A stretch of DNA of 64,000 nucleotides from Myxococcales bacterium (GTDB lineage Bacteria; Myxococcota_A; UBA9042; JABWCM01; BTVJ01): assembly GCA_045863395.1 (NCBI GenBank), contig BTVJ01000032.1, positions 18,159 through 82,158 on the forward strand. The letters are read 5' to 3'. Positions 63,801 to 64,000 of the stretch are shown here, in pieces. The translations under genes and the position numbers were made by a program. The first letter of the stretch is position 1; each line of letters starts with the position of its first letter. The notes under the pieces are model-generated. The model worked only from the letters and a program-made list of their open reading frames with translations, was not told the DNA's origin and did no database searches.

Positions 63801-64000
63801 GGGCGATGGACAAGGCAGGGAACACGACCACCAGCCCGCTCTACAGTTTCGAGATAGAGCTGCTGACGCCTCCCCCCCAGGTCGAGCCCATGTCCCTCCC
63901 CGGGACGCCGCTCCTCGAGACTGGAAAGGCGCTCTCTTTTGCGGGCCTCACCCTCCATGAACCCTTCATGACCCCGGCGACGGGCATCCGGGTGGCGCGT
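60824..64000 (+). CDS. Large surface lipoprotein with tandem bacterial Ig-like domains, partial (continues beyond window end)
   Basis: ATG at 60824 with AGGAGGGG 6 nt upstream. MSASHRWATVIVALGLAGGCTDD is a lipobox. The frame was read by hand and is open to 64000 (absent from the ORF track because there is no in-window stop). Recurring Ig-domain-like segments: HAVRVTARDPDANTATI, HEIRVTAEDGVGNAATV, HTIEVWAVDMVGNASV. The last ~550 bp are lower GC. Confidence 0.6.
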   Translation, partial: MSASHRWATVIVALGLAGGCTDDATPGASVGGDGGTVSDGRDAASRVDAPADDGLTGGATSDSSPTETGDSAGTALSGWAQLTGPVAGAVVEVWSLDEELAPVSVVATGSTGENGAFSLDLAPGVKGWVEVRLTGTKARYAVGGEAESLDPDDRLATLASVTLGADTAHVAVHGWTTMAVTLARAYASKGDGGAAAIQLAYRRLEDHLWRPEDAAMGAQLVTLPGEAAYDPDRPDSRLGLTHLGFAGLAARWSATSGDSVKVIDVVTALSRDLDNALFDGLRHAADGSLLPVAVGESKPLGVDTTRRDLARAIHEMTQGVDQAPLLAAGGIYEDLSLDDGLLYPPAPSPSAFDPEAPDLAWEPPTPAEGSIVSHDFTARVTATDPSGVTELVAALVAGDVETPLVLAELGGMGTARTAEVAVTVEGLDQGQHAVRVTARDPDANTATIERAFHVDTVAPFVSFGSLLPATASPTITLGGAAKDPEPQVGLSAGVAAVVLSVGGVETDAVANGATWSATVAFPGPGSHEIRVTAEDGVGNAATVAQITLFDPNPPQLTITSPEEGQWVKAPAGVAGTAPDAGVGGVAVTVTVNFTTLDATFGEDGAWSVQLPALPDGSYSALAKATDALGNQAVAVRTLLLDNTPPVIGVAPGLDGSFTASDSVVVSGTVSDAGSGPASVTMTADGQPVVTTLVAGVPTTFSATVPVSTAGTLVSITGHDNADNSSAPLTLTITRDLTPPVVAVTAPAGPEVWTNTAVLIEGTAEDAGAGVAAVHLAVDGGPPSAAAMSVDPATGVVTWSKSFAPLPGGTLAEGPHTIEVWAVDMVGNASVAVGVGVVVDVTPPVLGLGPDSGYVPEDLCSVEFAGGIATYHCPDGPSGSNILSNLCTTSCGPLKKFPQRLGHGLSSQSVSALQANNIPHFAPWANDNSTSWLGGALPVLSYRFRFPSAPGLAEITAWLPVAASGVVPIAVQSWGGTSTIPDSSTKLPTGIEFRAMDKAGNTTTSPLYSFEIELLTPPPQVEPMSLPGTPLLETGKALSFAGLTLHEPFMTPATGIRVAR

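Noticed and set aside
61576-63960. 794-aa plus-strand ORF and minus-strand ORFs 60809..62182, 62222..63580, 62281..63294
   Set aside because: The Ig-repeat lipoprotein is encoded in a different plus frame starting at 60824 with a strong RBS and lipobox. These are off-frame or antisense shadows.
1-64000. Search for CRISPR arrays, tRNA/rRNA genes, transposase/integrase or att-like direct repeats
   Set aside because: No regularly spaced short direct repeats, no tRNA-like cloverleaf candidates, and no DDE/tyrosine-recombinase motifs were seen in any credible frame. The only repeat structure is the 16.9-17.6 kb inverted-repeat island.

Overview
This 64 kb window is uniformly high-GC (about 70%, noticeably lower only at 16.9–17.9 kb, 23.7–24.7 kb and 63.4–63.9 kb). 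Codon usage and gene content look like a Myxococcota (myxobacterial) chromosome. No rRNA, tRNA, CRISPR array, transposase or integrase is visible. The window is gene-dense, with about 36 credible genes in long co-directional blocks. Many junctions are tightly spaced or overlap (ATGA-type) and most starts have GGAGG-like ribosome-binding sites (RBS), so these blocks are probably operons. Nearly all remaining ORFs in the six-frame track are GC-driven antisense or out-of-frame artefacts. The ORF track also omits ORFs that run off the window edge; two real edge genes were recovered by hand (<1..1727 on minus, 60824..>64000 on plus).

The content is an accessory-looking array of large multidomain signalling, proteolysis and cytoskeleton-like genes:
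- **Block 1 (1–16852, minus):** a six-gene operon centred on an FtsZ/tubulin-like GTPase (1091 aa) next to a secreted von Willebrand factor A (vWA) protein. It also holds two giant membrane proteins, a membrane-anchored P-loop / Cys-cluster / HExxH protein and a SWIM-like zinc-finger protein.
- **16.9–17.9 kb:** about 1 kb of non-coding DNA dense with nested inverted repeats.
- **Block 2 (17932–28630, plus):** a nine-gene cluster with a coiled-coil membrane protein, a lipoprotein, an M48-like peptidase, an FtsK/HerA/TraD-family ATPase, a sigma-70-like fusion, a Lon-like S16 peptidase with TPR, a PPP-family metallophosphatase and a zinc-ribbon protein.
- **Block 3 (28618–41698, minus):** a PspA-like protein, a membrane protein, a Ras-like GTPase coupled to an 885-aa protein, a 1257-aa CHAT caspase-like protease, a NUDIX hydrolase, an FGE-sulfatase domain protein, a lipoprotein and a terpene-cyclase/prenyltransferase-like repeat protein.
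- **41979–45935 (plus):** a YbjN-like protein and a 1082-aa fusion of Clp-N + ClpB-D2-like AAA+ + receiver (REC) + FtsH-like AAA + M41 peptidase.
- **Block 4 (46108–60596, minus):** a TerY-P-like triad (vWA, PP2C phosphatase, two Hanks-type kinases, one carrying an FGE-sulfatase domain) with a 1240-aa membrane-anchored giant, an AAA+/PD-(D/E)xK protein, a DHH-like membrane protein and a NYN domain protein.
- **60824 onward (plus):** a large lipoprotein with repeated Ig-like domains.

The most interesting candidates for undescribed systems are the FtsZ-like/vWA operon, the extended TerY-P cluster, the PspA/GTPase/CHAT/NUDIX operon and the Clp/REC/FtsH fusion.
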